DNA of 63,520 bases, counting the filler, from Hyphochytrium catenoides (Eukaryota > Protista > Hyphochytriomycota): assembly GCA_900088475.1 (NCBI GenBank). It is 11 parts of 11 records of this genome, joined end to end, with 100 filler letters (N's around TTAATTAATTAA, not from the genome) between each part and the next. Parts side by side here need not be neighbours in the genome. Positions count along the whole stretch, not along the records: positions 16,041 to 34,989 come from FLMG01003216.1; positions 35,090 to 36,564 come from FLMG01000463.1; positions 36,665 to 42,567 come from FLMG01001504.1; 8 more parts are not named here. One strand, given 5' to 3'. Each line of letters opens with the position of its first letter. Position 1 is the first letter of the stretch. A model generated the notes under the pieces. The model worked only from the letters and a program-made list of their open reading frames with translations, did not search any database and had not been told where the DNA came from. A program made the position numbers and the translations under genes. Shown here in pieces: positions 24,909-39,244 of this stretch.

Positions 24909-26517
24909 TTAGAACATACCCGACGCCTGCATGTTACTCCTAAGGATGATGTCCTTGCAAGCGTTAAATACAACCATAACGTTCTCTGTGTCAGTAGCGC
25001 AGGTGATGTGATGGTAGATCTCCTTCGTCTCGCTCTTGTTCTTCTCCTTGAACTTCTTCAAGAAGTATGCACAAGCCTTCTCATAGTCTCCGAGGCCACC
25101 GTCATAGTCCTTGAATGGCTCAATGGACTTGATGTCAATCTGATGACAAGGTACGAGGAGAGGGCAAAAGTGGATGAGTGTCAGTGAGAAGGAACACAGC
25201 CTTCAAAGCAGCGAGAGTGCGAAGACAGCAGAAGGGCTAAAGGCCACAGCAATAACCACCACAATAGTAAGAGTATAGATTGGCCATCTTACCCTCTTAA
25301 TCTTCTCAGCGAACAAGTCGCGCTTGTTTAAGAAGAGAATGACAGCAGATTCAGCAAAGAATCTGTTGTTACAGATCTCATCGAAGAGATTGATACTCTC
25401 AACCATACGGTTGGTGGTGGCGTCCTCATAAAGCATCATATCGTACTCTGACAGCGCAGCTACGAAGATGACGGCCGTGACATTCTCGAAACAGTGAATC
25501 CACTTCTTTCTTTCGTTTCTCTGTCCGCCCACATCGTAGATCTCAAACGTTGTTCCGTCAATGATGTAGCGCTCTTCAACAATACCGATGGTTCTAGCTC
25601 TAGCCAATAGAATATCCTGTTGGTTGGCCAGGTATCCTGAGAGGATGGGAAGCGGGACGCAAATAAGTGTAAGCGACAAAAGCAAGGGAATGACAAAGAG
25701 CAAACAATATCAAAGCAGACGGTTGGCCTAAAGAAGCTCAGAACAGCGGATAAGAGAAAGTGGGGAAGCCTACCAGGCTGCATAATCTCGTTAATCTTGT
25801 TGAAGTAGTAGGAGACGGCCTCAATGATCTGGAACTCGTTCTTTCTTGCCCATACGGCCAAGATACCCGGGTCAGTCCACAGGGCGTGGATGTGACCACC
25901 TAGCGTTAAATCGATCTCTGCGTCGTCACTGTGGAGAAAGAGTTAGTCGGTTGCCGGATGACGATAAAGGAAAGGAAACGTATGACAAGGAAGCGAGAGA
26001 CGGAGGGATCCTTACTCTGTCTTCATGACAACATCATAAGAGTCCTTCCTAACAAGCTTGTCCATCTCATTTAGCGCCACGCATTGCTCGCACAGAATCT
26101 TCATTGCAGTGACGACGTTGCTGTACACCACGTGGGTGAACTGACGTCTTTCTTCGTCTGTTGGAGGGGCACCATAGAGGATCTGCCAGAGATCGGTCCG
26201 AAAGAATTAAACCATGTTCAGGAGTTCTAAGACTAGTGAGAAGGTTGGGTACCTTCATCTGCTTGAAGACCGTACTCTTTCCGGACTCTCCAGCGCCCAG
26301 AAGAAGAAGCTTCACCTTTGCAGCTTCAGCTTCAGCATCCTAGATTGAGCAAACCAAAACAGTCGAGAACGGAGACAGCAAGAAGTGTAAGCAGCGATAG
26401 GGGCCCCTGCGCTTTTTCGGCTCTGCTAACCTTCTGGTTTTGCTCCTCAAGCTCCTTGTTCCTCTGTAGTTCCTTCTTCTGCTCCTCGTCCATCGAGCTC
26501 GACATGCAGGCACCCAT
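24909..26517 (-). CDS. GPA1: Heterotrimeric G protein alpha subunit (6 exons)
   Basis: MGAC N-terminus (myristoylation and palmitoylation type), [28 protein letters not shown] and TCATD. All introns are GT-AG and the stop is TAA. Confidence 0.95.
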
Positions 26518-27321
26518 GGTTCCTTTATATTATATGCTCGGGCTTTAACCCCTTCCTGTCAAGACCGAGGAAGACAATGAGATACCAACCACTTTAGATG
26601 CCAAAGAGTTTAGCCAAAGAGGGAGGTGAACAACTAATGACGCACACGGATGGCCAACCTAAGCAGAACTAACAAGAGAACGGTTAAAGCCCCTTCCAAC
26701 AATAGGACATGGTGAATCGACAGAACTTCACAAAGAGACCCAAAAGCGGTAAAAGCATAGAGCTCGAGCATTTTTCTAATCTCTGCTCACCTATTTACTA
26801 ACAGATTAACGGAGCTAGAGAGCTTCACAGATGCGCTCGACCGGGGCAGATGGAGAACTGAGCTCTGCGAGATGGGTCGGCAGACTTTGTCACTTCTGTC
26901 CTAGGCCAATGGAAACAAACTGACTCCGGACTTGTCTGACGTGCAAGGCGGCGAGCAGGCTAGGGACAGATCAGAGGAGAAGGAAGAAGAGGAAAAGAAA
27001 GAAGAGTAAGATGTCTGCTCCTAAGGAACAGGCGTGGCGGACGTAACGGACGCCGCTCTTTACTAGTCTCTCCTAGCTTCAAAACCAGGAGAGGAGACTC
27101 TAATGGCGACCGAGGACACAGGAGAGAGAGTTAGCGAGTTTGCTGCTCAGCTTTGATAGGCGGGACGGACTACCCTCTCAGAGCAAGAACTAAACATGGC
27201 AATGTACTTCGGAGTAGGCGTGGCAAGCACCAGCGAGAGAAGACAGAGCGAGACCGAGTGATGAACGCGCCAAAACTTACGAAGAGGGTGATCTAAACCA
27301 AGCTATAGAGGTCATGGACCA

Positions 27322-27391
<70 letters not shown>

Positions 27392-27494
27392 CATGGGAGA
27401 GAGAGAGGGAAAGAGTGAGAGAGGAGGCGGGGAGGGAGAGAGCACGTAACTGGACTTGCGGTTGCGTCCTTTCATAGTTGAGACAGGCATTCCC

Positions 27495-28308
27495 TCACCA
27501 GTACCACCATACAACCAATCTTTCTTGAAAGATTCGGATTCGAAACACATCCATCAAACTGTGGGGTAATGAGGTGTCTGGGAACCCTTTCTGAAACCTT
27601 CCATGCTCTGCGAAATATACAATTTTGCAGTAATCCAAGCCATCTGACTCCGAGGAAGGGGCATCGGTATTATATCTATGAAGTGACAAGGAAATGGGAG
27701 GGGGCTCCGGAGTCGTTACACCACTTGCTGGAAAGAGCTAATTGATAATCAAGAAGGAGGGCTTATTGATAACTGCGGCGTGTCCGTTACTTGCTCTTTT
27801 CCCTTGGATTCCTTGACACTGCACACAGAACAGGTCCATAGAGAGGCATGAGTGCACCAGGCGACAAGGAACAAGGGCGAGTCAGATGTTAGGACTGACT
27901 CGCATATACTTGAAAGAAGGTCTACGAGGTGGAGAAGAGAGTGGCGATTTGCAGTGGTTCCTGTGTGCGAGGAAGAGGAGCTAAAGTAGCAGCAAGGAGA
28001 TGTAGGGAGAGAGGGGTGGATAAGAGAGAGACCTCTTTATTTCTGTCTGTCAGGATGGGGAGCAAAGCACCAAAGAAGGAGCTATTTTTAGCCTGCGAAG
28101 GTGGGATCGGGAAGGTTCGCAAACTGAAGTGCATAACGGTAGTGCCACGGAAATCAACGATAAACCGCAAGCGATCAAGTCAAAACGGTAGTCACAAAGA
28201 TACCAAGCGGTCGCCGCCTCGTGTATCACAAAGATAGTAGAGGTGACATGAGAGACAGCAACAGGTCGTATCCCCATAGTCAATAGATATATTGGGGCGT
28301 GTGTGCAT
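27495..28308 (-). CDS. Small 5-exon hypothetical protein (131 aa)
   Basis: Exons 28308-28204, 28092-28033, 27921-27900, 27818-27791 and 27675-27495 join through GT-AG sites into a stop-free frame, MHTRPNISIDYGDTTCCCLSCHLYYLC...VVWWYW*. I recognise no homology. Confidence 0.35.
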
Positions 28309-28482
28309 CAAAGAAAGCCCATAGAGGCTCCAGAAATAGCCGTAACGGGCCAATGTAACCGGGCAAGACGGGAAACCACCCTAGAACGACAGAAAGAGTA
28401 GCAAACGAAGATGAAGGCCCGGCTCTCTCTGGTATGGAGCATGGTAACAACGGTACAAGTATGTTTTTGGACGTCTGGCCTG

Positions 28483-31400
28483 CTATGCTTTAAAGCGCGA
28501 GGCGACATCATGTAGAATGTCGTGGATCCTAGGCCACACTGCGGTGGTGCATTGTTGAATGAGCTGGATAAAATACTCCTCTGCTTGCTGATCATTTAGA
28601 TCCAGGCGGAACTTTTCCTGGACCTAGCAGGCGTCGAGGAATTAATATGGGGAAGGGGATGTCACGTTTTAGCGTAGGAGATGTGGATGTAAGATTAGCC
28701 AAAGGCCAGGGGTAAGGATCAGAAGCGAGAGTGCTTAAGGTCATAGCAACCACAGGGTGTGGCGCAGAGTTGAACCCAACGAGAGGCACCAGCTGCTAGT
28801 CTCGAATCATTAGAGACACAGGATGTACTCCACGCCAGGGTGAGAGAAAAATCGAGAGGCTAGATCGGAGGAGGTTCACTAGTCCCTTCCTTAGGTGGCC
28901 AAACCGGCACTGCTCTTGTAGCAAAGGAAGATGAGACGGCTGACCTTGGCTAGTTTTGTCTCAGGCTCATCCCTAAGGTCTGGGATACCGGCGTCCACCA
29001 TAAGGCTAAGGAGGTTCAGAATTAAGCGTGCGTGCTCTCTTAAGCGATTGTAGGCCTAATTGGAAGACAAGAAGTTAGAAGCAAAATCAGGCCAGACAAG
29101 GAAGAAGTGCACGTGAAGAGGGTCCAAGACGCTTCCGTTAGGAAGAAGGCTGATGCATATTCGTGTCAGATTTTGATCATTTACCTGACAGCAGTGGAGG
29201 ACAAATTCCTTTTGTCGCTTCTCCCCACCGAAACCATCGACCATCTCCTAGAAGAGTCAAGCATGCAAGTTGATGTCAGCCAACTCAGTTGCTCAGTTAT
29301 CACTGCCCTTGACTCTCCAGACCATTAATGGTACTGTCCCAGTCCCTCATTAAAATCTAAATTCTAACCCAGCGCGAGGCATTACGTGTGCAACCCAGTA
29401 CGATGCAAGTACGTTTGCATCCTCTCCGACCCTTCTGACCTTAGTAATTCGAAAGGCTGGCGCCATGGGCTTGGGATCGCGGCCAAACAGGAAGCCAAAA
29501 TCAAGATGGAATAGACGGCCATCCGTCTATTGTAGTGACATATGGAGGACAGTAAACAAGTTCACCAAAGGTTTAGAGAAGGTTTAGACACTTTGAACCT
29601 CCGAAGACGTCGCCAGAGTAACAATACTTAGCATAGTCCGCAAACTGTATCAGATTGAAGGACAGATATGGTTCTCAATAAATTGAAATTAGTGGTTTGA
29701 TAAAGAGAAACAGGCTCTCAAGACGAGACTCCCCATAGTGGCCCTGGAAAGTAAGCAAGAAGAGCACCTACCAGAAGCATCAGGTTCTCTTGGTGCCTGT
29801 CACCCACCCCTAGCAAATAAGTGATCACGCAATAACCCGCGCAGGACTTGACGTATGCATCTAAGACCTGTTAGTTCCCAAAAAGGATGAGAGAGTCAGC
29901 TCGGTAAAAAAGAAGTAAAGTGTCAGCTCAGTGTTTTGCTTCGGCGAGAAAGCTAAGCAGCGTAGTCTCTGAGTTGTGACACGCGAGATAGAATAGTAGG
30001 ATAAGCTGAAACAAGGGACCACTCCACAGAAGCAAGGTTCTCGCAAGAAGGAAAAGTACGATGGCCTACCTCGGGCCTCACTCCGAGCTCAGCTTGTGGG
30101 TCTGGATTGGCTTCCCTTAGAAAGTCTAGAATCGGGTTGTTTCCTCCCCTAACTATAACCGACTTAAGAGTCTTACTACCGCTCACGAACTCCATTAATC
30201 CATCCCGCGGACTGTACGAGAGACAAGAGAGAATGAGTCGGGGAAAGAGTTTGCATCGCCTCTGCTCTCATTCTGCTGCGTGCATCTCCATTTATCTCCA
30301 CTACGCGTGACTGGTTACTCCCTTCTCTGAGAAGGCTCACGACGGTACTCGGTATGTGCCACCTTTCTCACTATCTCAAAAGACCAACCTACCTCGTTGC
30401 TAGGACTCTGTAAGGGGTCAACTTCAAATCCAGATTGATCTTCTTTAGGAGCCGATCAATCAATATGATCATCTGGTAGAATCATATCAGCAGCGACAGG
30501 ACAGGGGCTGTACGGGGGAAATGATGGAACGCAAATAAACTTCGATCCCGGCTACAAGATCGCCAGAAATGTGGGAAAGGTGCACCAATATGCCAGGCGA
30601 AAGCACACGCAGCCCAAATAGAAGTAGTGATCATCACCTGGATGACAAGCTGATCCTGTCTCATATCGTCCCCGCTTTTGAATACTACTTTATAAGGGGT
30701 CCCCTCCTTGGGTTTATCAAAGAGCTGAGTGATCGCTCTCCTCTGCGATCGTCTATCTCTGTCCTTTTCGCCTACTGGGGCTCCCCCTCCAAAAGCACTT
30801 TCGTCCCCTCCAAAGAAGTCCTTATCTGAAGAAGCTTTCTCCTCTATCGCGAGAGTTCGAAACTCTATAACCGCAGGGTGCATAGCGCTTTTGAACATGA
30901 AAGCACTCGGGGGGTTGAGTCCAATGGCCTAAGAATTCCAGGCCCCAGACACCGCCCAAGAAAAGCGTATAAACTGATGAGAAAGGTGGGTGAAGCTGAG
31001 AAAAAGAGTGTCTGGCATCCTACCTGTTTTGAGGGATCAAGCGGCATCCTGACGGCAGCAACCCCTTTGGGTAAATTAACGCCTTTCAAAAGTTCCCTGA
31101 GCTTCTGCTCCTTTTGTGAGTTATTACCCCTGCTGTCCCGCGCAGCCCGCTGCTGTTCAGCGATAGTCATTACGAAAGTCTCCTGTCGGAAAGGAAGAGA
31201 AAAAAAAAGAGGAATGTTTCAGCAACCTGCCGCCGACATCCAGAGTAGGGCTCAAGAAAACCTTTATCTTTAAATGAGAATGAGACCAAAAGACCAGAAG
31301 TGTTTAGCCCAAGGGAGATCATGCGGAAATGGGCAACGACAGGCATGGTGAATGCAAGTAAGCAGTGCCACAATAAGTGGGCAAAAAATCTCCAAATCTC

Positions 31401-34400
31401 CAAACGCCTGATTGAGCTACAAAATATACTACGTCCCAAGACTGTGTGGATGCAAGAACGAGCTGTGGCACAATGGCAGAAGAAGGAAACGACGAAATAT
31501 AGCGAGAACAGCGGATACCTGCGCCACTATCGCCTGATAAATAGCCGAGGACTCCGGCTGCTCCAATAATCGAGAGGTAAAGAACTGAAATATGTTTGCG
31601 AACATCGGACCATCGTTGGGGTCTTCCATAGCTACTTTTAGGTACCTGAAGAGGCAGGGTCCTTAGCGATCGGTGCAAGTAGAAAGAACTAGAAGCAAAG
31701 CGTAGAGGGAAGAGAGAGAAGGAACATACAGCACGCATTAATTCAACGCCCGTCTTGTTAGAGGTGGGAAGGGAGAGAAGGAAGCGATGCGCCATATCTA
31801 CAGCAAACGAGACCCTTCCCTCAAGTGAGCAAAAGACTAGGGCTACAGATTTAATCACCAAGACAAGAAGCAGGTACCAGTACCAGTATAGGTAGTTTGC
31901 AAGTTCCAGGCTCTGACAGGCTCGAGATACAAGGAATGTGGCAAGAAAGCCCATTCCTCCTCCTCCTCCTCTTCCGCTGACGACTTCATCTCCTGTTGCA
32001 TTCAGTGCCGTGTTGAGCATGTTTTCCGTGCCTCGCGCCGAGCCCGGCTCATAGCGTAAAGCCTAGCATTTGGCAGGCAAAGACATAAACTATTAGTCAT
32101 TTGGTACACTGAGCGCCACGGGACTCATAATTCGAGAGTTAGAAGCTTCACTGAAAGGACAATAGAGGGTCAAATGTGTCCTTGAAGGGGATCGATCAAA
32201 GGGGCAGCTTTTGTTCAGGGAAAAGGAGGCTAAAACGGGCGCCACACCTGAACCAACTGCAAGAGGTAATCTAGCAACTCTTCATTCGTCGCCTTGGACA
32301 AAGTCTTCACGGCGAACTCCCGGACAATATCCATCGAATACTCCTTCTGCCTACAGTGAATGCAGTCAAGCACTAAAAGACCATGACGGCGGGGAATAAT
32401 CTTGCCCTCTGTCCCCTCCTTCGCACTTCCGTTTATGCGTCATCACTGTCCGCCGTGTGTCTATATCCTACCATTCATGCATACTTACCTTCCTAGAAGC
32501 TTAAGAGCGTCTGCAATCTCAATAGGAGCTCTTTCAGCCCAAAGCTGCAGCAATTGGCCAACTTGTTGAACCTCACCCTCATCCTGCCAGTCCACGCATA
32601 GGAGGAACTTCGTCAAGGCCCTGAATAGTTATAATGTTGTTGGGGAAAAGGAAACATGATCCTTTCGTGAGTGATAGTTTGCTATCATCCAGTCATATAA
32701 CCGATGTCTCGCTACTTCACGTTAGAGTTCAGGACTAGAAGAGAAAACCTAAGTCCCAGCATAGATGCTCATGGCAAATAAAGGACTATGAGGGTGAACC
32801 GGGTAAACGGTAGGAGAAATGTCTAAAACGGAAGGGAGAAGCTTAGAGGAGGGTGTCAGAAGGCCGATACTATACTATGGAGTAACCACTGCAGTACCAG
32901 AGATTATATACGAAAGAGAGAAAATTTGAACGTGACCACCTATGATCATACCTCGGGTTCGTCGTAAGGGAGAAACGGAACTTCCATAGAAGGTCTTTCT
33001 CTCCCTCTGTCAATTCGTCCGCTGGACTGTTGACGACCTGCTGGATGACTGCTCGCTCTTCGCTATTAGGCTTGAGATCGGGATCAATGTGAAGTCTCCT
33101 CGCCCCTCGCACAAGCTGAAAATGGCAAGTAAGCGGAACCACACAGAAGCTGCGATGGGCCACCAGGAAATAAGCAAAGAGAGCAAGCACGGAAAGGACG
33201 AGGTAACTAAAGCTCCAGCCGAATTGTGAAAAGAAAACGAGCACTGGCTGGAGTTACTAGAAGCCATCTTTTTGATAAAACAAGCAGACGTCTCCAGTTT
33301 GATACATATAATTCGCTTGGAAGTGTGAGCGGCAGTCTACAAGATCGAGACAACGGATGTATTACCTTCCTATACTTGTGATCGACTGGATTGTCAGCGC
33401 CCATCTCCGTATCAAATACCCAGAGTAGCGCTTGTTCGGTTGTGGTCACCTCTGTCTTGAGAGTGCCTCTTCCCCCATCTCTCCCTTGGACAGAAGAGTA
33501 TGCAGTATGCCTATAGCTTGGCAGCGCCTCGGAGCGAATACGCAATGTTCCCGTTACATCACCAGATGTTGTGCCAGGTCCCTCCATCTCTGAAGTATCC
33601 CCAAGCGCAGCCCGCACAGCATTGATTTGAGTCTCGATGGACGTCAGACTGCCGTCTAAGAGGTTTGGAAGGGCAAAAGTTATTTTGGTTTGTTGTACGG
33701 ATGCGAGAGAGGAGCGGAACAAGCCACTTGAAAATTGAGAATTGGACTTAGTGTCAGAGTCCGGATTTGGTTAAGGCCGCTGCATTTCCAAAGCAAAGAC
33801 AAGGTTGGCCATTGAAATGGAACTGGGCCAAGGACAGGCATACCTATCGCTGAAGGTGCCCTTGCGTTAAGGTAACCGTCGCCGTCATAGAGCACTGCAG
33901 CGCCAAAATAGGGGAGAGATGCGTAAAACTTGACGCTGGTCAACTTTCTTATGTGGTCTGTGAACAAGCACTCGTTGCCAGAGCCAGCAGAACGGCTGGC
34001 AGCATCTCTTGCTTGCTAAAAGATGAAATAGACAGTGAGAATAATGAAGCAATGATTGAAAAACTAGACAATTTGTTTAGACGACAAGGGTCCGAAGAGC
34101 TAAACGACTCAACGACTCTTAAGCCTTACGATGAGTCAAGTGGGACGGAAGACTCAACTGAAGAAAGGCAAGAGTAATCTAGATTGTCCGATCGCAGAAA
34201 GAGCGGATTATGAAGCTGTCAATCCTAAGGAGGAAAGCGTAGCTTTCAAGTCGAACTCACTCTCATCTGCTTGAATGTCATGTCGTCCAGCCAGTTAAGT
34301 GAAGGCATTTCGCTGCAAAAACAATGGCGATTTTATCAGGACCACAGTGAAAGGGAAGATTCCAGTGTTTCACGGCAGATTCGTACACTAATGGCAGACA

Positions 34401-35209
34401 GCGAAACACAGCTTTCCGCCGGCAAAAACATGCAACACGCTATGACCTAAGACATCAGATATATAGTAACCCATACCAAATTGAGCCACGCTAGACGAAG
34501 GATATATAGACAGGCTAGCAAAGGCGCCCCTTTAGTCAGTCCTTACCCTCGTTCATACTTCTCTACCAATTTCTCGAGCCTGTACCATTCCTGCTCTTGT
34601 TTATCGTCGGGACCTTCCGGCGTGCATTCAAATCGGGGGGTCTCCGACTGGGGAGCCATCTAGAGTGCAAACGCCGAGTCATATTATTGGCATAACGTTA
34701 TAACACCACGAGGAGCACCCAATCCAAGGCATAGGTAGACCAAGACAAAATACTTTCAGGCCTATCGGATTCTAAGCGGCAATTGCTTGGCAACCAACAG
34801 ACCTAACGGGCCTTGTTTGGAAAGTTTGCCTTTAGACGATAAGGACACTTGGTAAATGATAGGAGTGAGTAGGAAAGACTTAGAAGCAAGCCAAACAAGA
34901 AATAGGCACCCTAACCGTGAACGAGGAAGCTGTAAAAAAACTAGAGGGAGCATATTATCCTTACTCGTAGTTTCTGGAGTCCTTCCCTGNNNNNNNNNNN
35001 NNNNNNNNNNNNNNNNNNNNNNNNNNNNNNNNNTTAATTAATTAANNNNNNNNNNNNNNNNNNNNNNNNNNNNNNNNNNNNNNNNNNNNTTTCACCGAAG
35101 TCTGCAACGCGCACACTCCCTCCGACGGGAGGTGCTTTCCATGAAGCTCTCCGTATTCCACGAGAATATCATGCGTGGCGACAAGAGGACGGAATAGACC
35201 AGGAGGCAT
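28483..35209 (-). CDS. VPS34: Class III phosphatidylinositol 3-kinase Vps34 (about 20 exons, one linker gap near the 5' end)
   Basis: [85 protein letters not shown] and VQEKFRLDL, ending in TAG. The putative first exon [15 protein letters not shown] lies beyond the gap. Confidence 0.93.
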
Positions 35210-38200
35210 GGTGAGCCCCTCGGTTGTCCCCTCTTTGTATTATATCCTAGCCTAGTGCGCTGTGTGTTGCCTCTCTAGATGCTGGTCCTCTTCGCTGTCC
35301 TAGCTCAGCCAAGGACAGAAGCTTTCCGGAGCAGTACCGGCTGTCAGCCATACATCCTGATCTTGGAGTTGGCACTGGTAAGGAGGACCAAACTGAACTC
35401 GTTCTCGGATGGAGCACAAGGGAAATAGTCCCAGGGTAGGAGTGATATTGCCGCTGTCCTTACTCTCACAAGCACTCGGGACAGCTATCAGTCTGTCCAC
35501 ACTGTCACGGCCCGGATGACCTGAGGAAAGGGTTTATCAGGTAGACAAAGGAGAACAGGATTACATCGTGGATGCGATGAAGGCTCTGATACTCTCAGGA
35601 CAGACAAGGCGAGGCGATGATCCCAAGGCAAACCAGCAGCGAGGAGGAAAAAAAAGTGAAAGGACATTTTGAAGATTCCTCCCTCTGTTCCAGCACTCCT
35701 CCAGGACCAAGGCTAGCAAAGGCGTTACGAAGGATTTATCTGAAGAACTGTTGTCAGAACGGTACTACCTACTGGACGTATCGGCCACACCGACGAAAAG
35801 CGATTGAGCGGACGAGCAGCTGTGAGAAAGCGAAGCTGGAAAGAAAATGAGAGGAGAGTCCGCGTAGACCATCTCAGGACAAATAACTGAGGAGGAGTAG
35901 ACGTGCAAATGGGCCAGAAAGTGCCTTCAGCCCTCACCAATGTCCCTGCTTCTGACTCTTCTGACGGATGATCTCATCTTCAACAACATCATAAGGTGAT
36001 TGATACCAAGTGGCACCCACTGGTAGAAAACAAATTTCAACGATATCTAGCGGTTAACCACCAGAATCTTTGTTATAAAGTCCAACTTCGGCACTAGATA
36101 CCAGTATTACCCCCACACGCGTTTTATTGCCAGTCATCATCAGAACCCTTCAGAAACACACTGCTCCTGCTTGATCTTCACACGGATATTGAGATCTTCC
36201 ATCTTCCACTTAGCTGCTTGTCTGTCCAACCCGAAGATCTGTGGGCTCATACCTTTTCCAACCTTCCAGATTAGAGAAAGCAGGTTGACATCTTCCGTCG
36301 GAAGCGCCGGGAGGAGTGTGAGCTATCCTACTGACCATTCTGAAGTGTCAAACGTAGGAGCTTTTGTTTATGTCAGTGCTACTCCGCCTATTACACCCGA
36401 TCTCAAGCTTCCACTTGATGTGAGAATCGTCTTGACAAGTTGCCTGACGACGAACGACAGCGCGCCGCCCAATTCGTGTGAGACGAGAGCTTGCTGTTCG
36501 AGTTTCCATAGGAGATCGCAAGAGCGGAAGTGACTGTACATGAGCTCTCACCGCGGGTCTGTCTNNNNNNNNNNNNNNNNNNNNNNNNNNNNNNNNNNNN
36601 NNNNNNNNTTAATTAATTAANNNNNNNNNNNNNNNNNNNNNNNNNNNNNNNNNNNNNNNNNNNNCTGTAGATTCGCTTGTACCATAGAAAGAGTACTATT
36701 ACGTTATCCCTATAATGATTGATACGTCTATTTATCTTCCATATCCGCGGTCTTTGGCATTTCTAGTGACAGTCTCTTAGCACTTCCCCCTCGTCGGCTA
36801 ATAAGAGTTACTGTTGTTGACAGGGTTAAGGCGTCCTGTTCCCTTATATATACTCTGTTAATCCTACCTTATGTTCCTAATAAATGCCCGGAGTCCATCA
36901 TTTGCTAGCCTTCAAGAACTCTTCTACCGTGAGCCCCAGCGCCCCAGCGCCCGTTGGTGTAACATCCAACGACTGATAAAGAAGATGACAAAAATGATGG
37001 ATCATAACAATAATGATCTGCACGTAAGAGATGGATCAAGAACATACTTCAGACTTGCTGGATATAATTGGGCTGCTGTTGCTGTTATCTTTGTTCTCCC
37101 TTCAACCTGTTTCAGCCGTTGGAGCTTGGACTGCAGAAGAGACGAGGGGCGTAGTAATAGGAGTGTGATGAACAGGAGCACCCTCTGAAAGAAGAGTTGA
37201 GGCCAGGTGACTGCAGTGTTGTTGCTGGTGCCTGCTTTTAACTAATATATCAGGTAGACTAGTGATCATCTACATATTATTATCGGTCCATGATGAGCGG
37301 CGGTTTCTTCGCTCCGCTCTATTTCTAACCTCACCTGCTTGTTCGCTCATCCACAGCAGCCCAAGACACACTTTCTTCGTCGATGCGGAGCCCAGCCACA
37401 TATCAGCATCTGAGCAGTAGCAGAGAGGAATGCCGCAGAGAAGGAGAGGAATGCTGCAGAGTAGGAGCCGACAGAACAACTGACTGTCAAGTAGTGGATT
37501 TGAGAAGAAGAGACACAACACCCACGTACCCACAGGAAGAGAAAGCGAGAAGAAAGGAAGAGAGAGAGATGAGAGAGAGAGGGAGAGAGAGGGTGATTAT
37601 CATACGGGACAGAGGAGGTCGTCGTCCAGCAATCAGCCACGACGGCCATCTGGTCGCCAGCGCTGGGCTGTTAGGATGAGAAGGCGGCCAGTAGTAGGTC
37701 AGGTCAGTCTGGTGAGGGGCCGATGAGTGACGGCCGTTGGGAAGGACCAAAGGCCGTTACTCATACAAGAGTCACTCATTCCGAATCTANNNGGGGGGGG
37801 GGGACACTTGTTTGCTTGTTTCTGTTGCTGCTGCGGCTGCTGCTCGGCTTGGTGATTGAGGAGAGAGGACCGGAGGCGCCGGTGATCTCCACCAGTGCCA
37901 GTGCCAGCCCTTCATAGTCTGATTCAAGGTGATGCTCTTTGATCATCAACTGTGCTACTTAGGCCTGGGTGGAGGAAGGCTCAACTAACAAGGCGAAGGG
38001 AGGCGCATCAGCTACGCGCAGCTATTGACTGAGGGGAAGGAGGGTGACGATTTGGAGGAGGAAGAGAAAGAGATCTCTATATACTCGGGCTTGCACCCTA
38101 CTACGCTCTAGGGCAAAAGACTTGAGGTAAGAAGAAGAGGATCACTTAGATGAGGGTCTTTTCTTGTTGCCCTACTGCTGCTGGGGCTCTCTATGGCGTC

Positions 38201-39244
38201 AAAACACAGCAGAATAGGGCTTGAAGAAGCTGGCGTTCTGCCTTTCATAATACGCAGAGCAGCGCAACAGCAGCATAATATTATCTATCGTCCAAGCCTT
38301 CATCGGTAGCAGCAGCACTAACAGTACTAAGAATTTGAAATAAACTATAAGGGTGTTCCTAAGAATTCGGCCCGACGACGCCAATAATAATCGTTCCTCG
38401 TCAGGGAAGATGATAAGAAGAGAGCAGGTTTTAAGACAGAAAAGGTGGGGAAGACTAATATCTGTTCCTTCTCCTACTTCTCCTGTCACCATCAAAGAAG
38501 CAAGAGCATCATGATGAACTCTATAATACTCTGTGAACAAGGACTGCCCACTCTAACCAGCAGCTGCCGTCCTGTACCTACTAAGTACGCCAAGAAGGAG
38601 GACGAGTGGGAGCGCCTCACAGGGATACACGGGCCCCAGAGGTAATGGAAGAGAGAGTATAGAAAGGACAAGGAGAGGCAAGGACTGGAAGAGGGAGAGC
38701 TAATAATGCAGGAGGGTAAGGTCGGGATGCATGAGAGATGGACAGGTGGCTCGATGGCGGGTCAGTAAAATGACGGGAAAACATCTTTTGGTTTCTAAAG
38801 AGCGAGGTACCAGTTCACGTTCTAACGAAGGAAGTTGAAGAAAAAACTGTGCTAATAGAGAAAGTGCTAACGCAATGCTTCGCGGTGGAACTTGAGAGAG
38901 CAAAATCACATGTCGAGCAAGCATGCACTAGCACTTGCCCTAGGAATGCCTATTGTTCTCTCCTGCTATTGGTGCCACAGGGTTGAATTAGGTCGCGATC
39001 TCAGCAAGGACGGAGCTGCATTTGCCTCAACTCTATCTGGAAAGAGGCTCTGATATGGCGCCCCTTCCTCCAGGCGACTGGGGAGCAGCGAGGTGCGCAC
39101 ACTCTAATCTTTGGCTCTGTTGGCACTGTTGGGAGGAAGGAGCAGTAGCATGGACGTAGACAACTTGTCTCCCTTTTTTCGAGACCTGTCCCGATACGTG
39201 GAACTACCCTGCCGTACAGAGGTAGGCTGTACGTTTTGGTTGCT

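Noticed and set aside
33680-33845. Apparent frame conflict or non-canonical splice in Vps34
   Set aside because: It is resolved by a canonical phase-1 intron ending at CTCTTAG (about 33657), giving SAI|DGSLTSIE.
35940-36564. Protein-like minus-strand frame (ELMYSHFRSCDLLWKL...)
   Set aside because: It has several stops and no recognisable family, so I cannot distinguish a decayed gene from noise.
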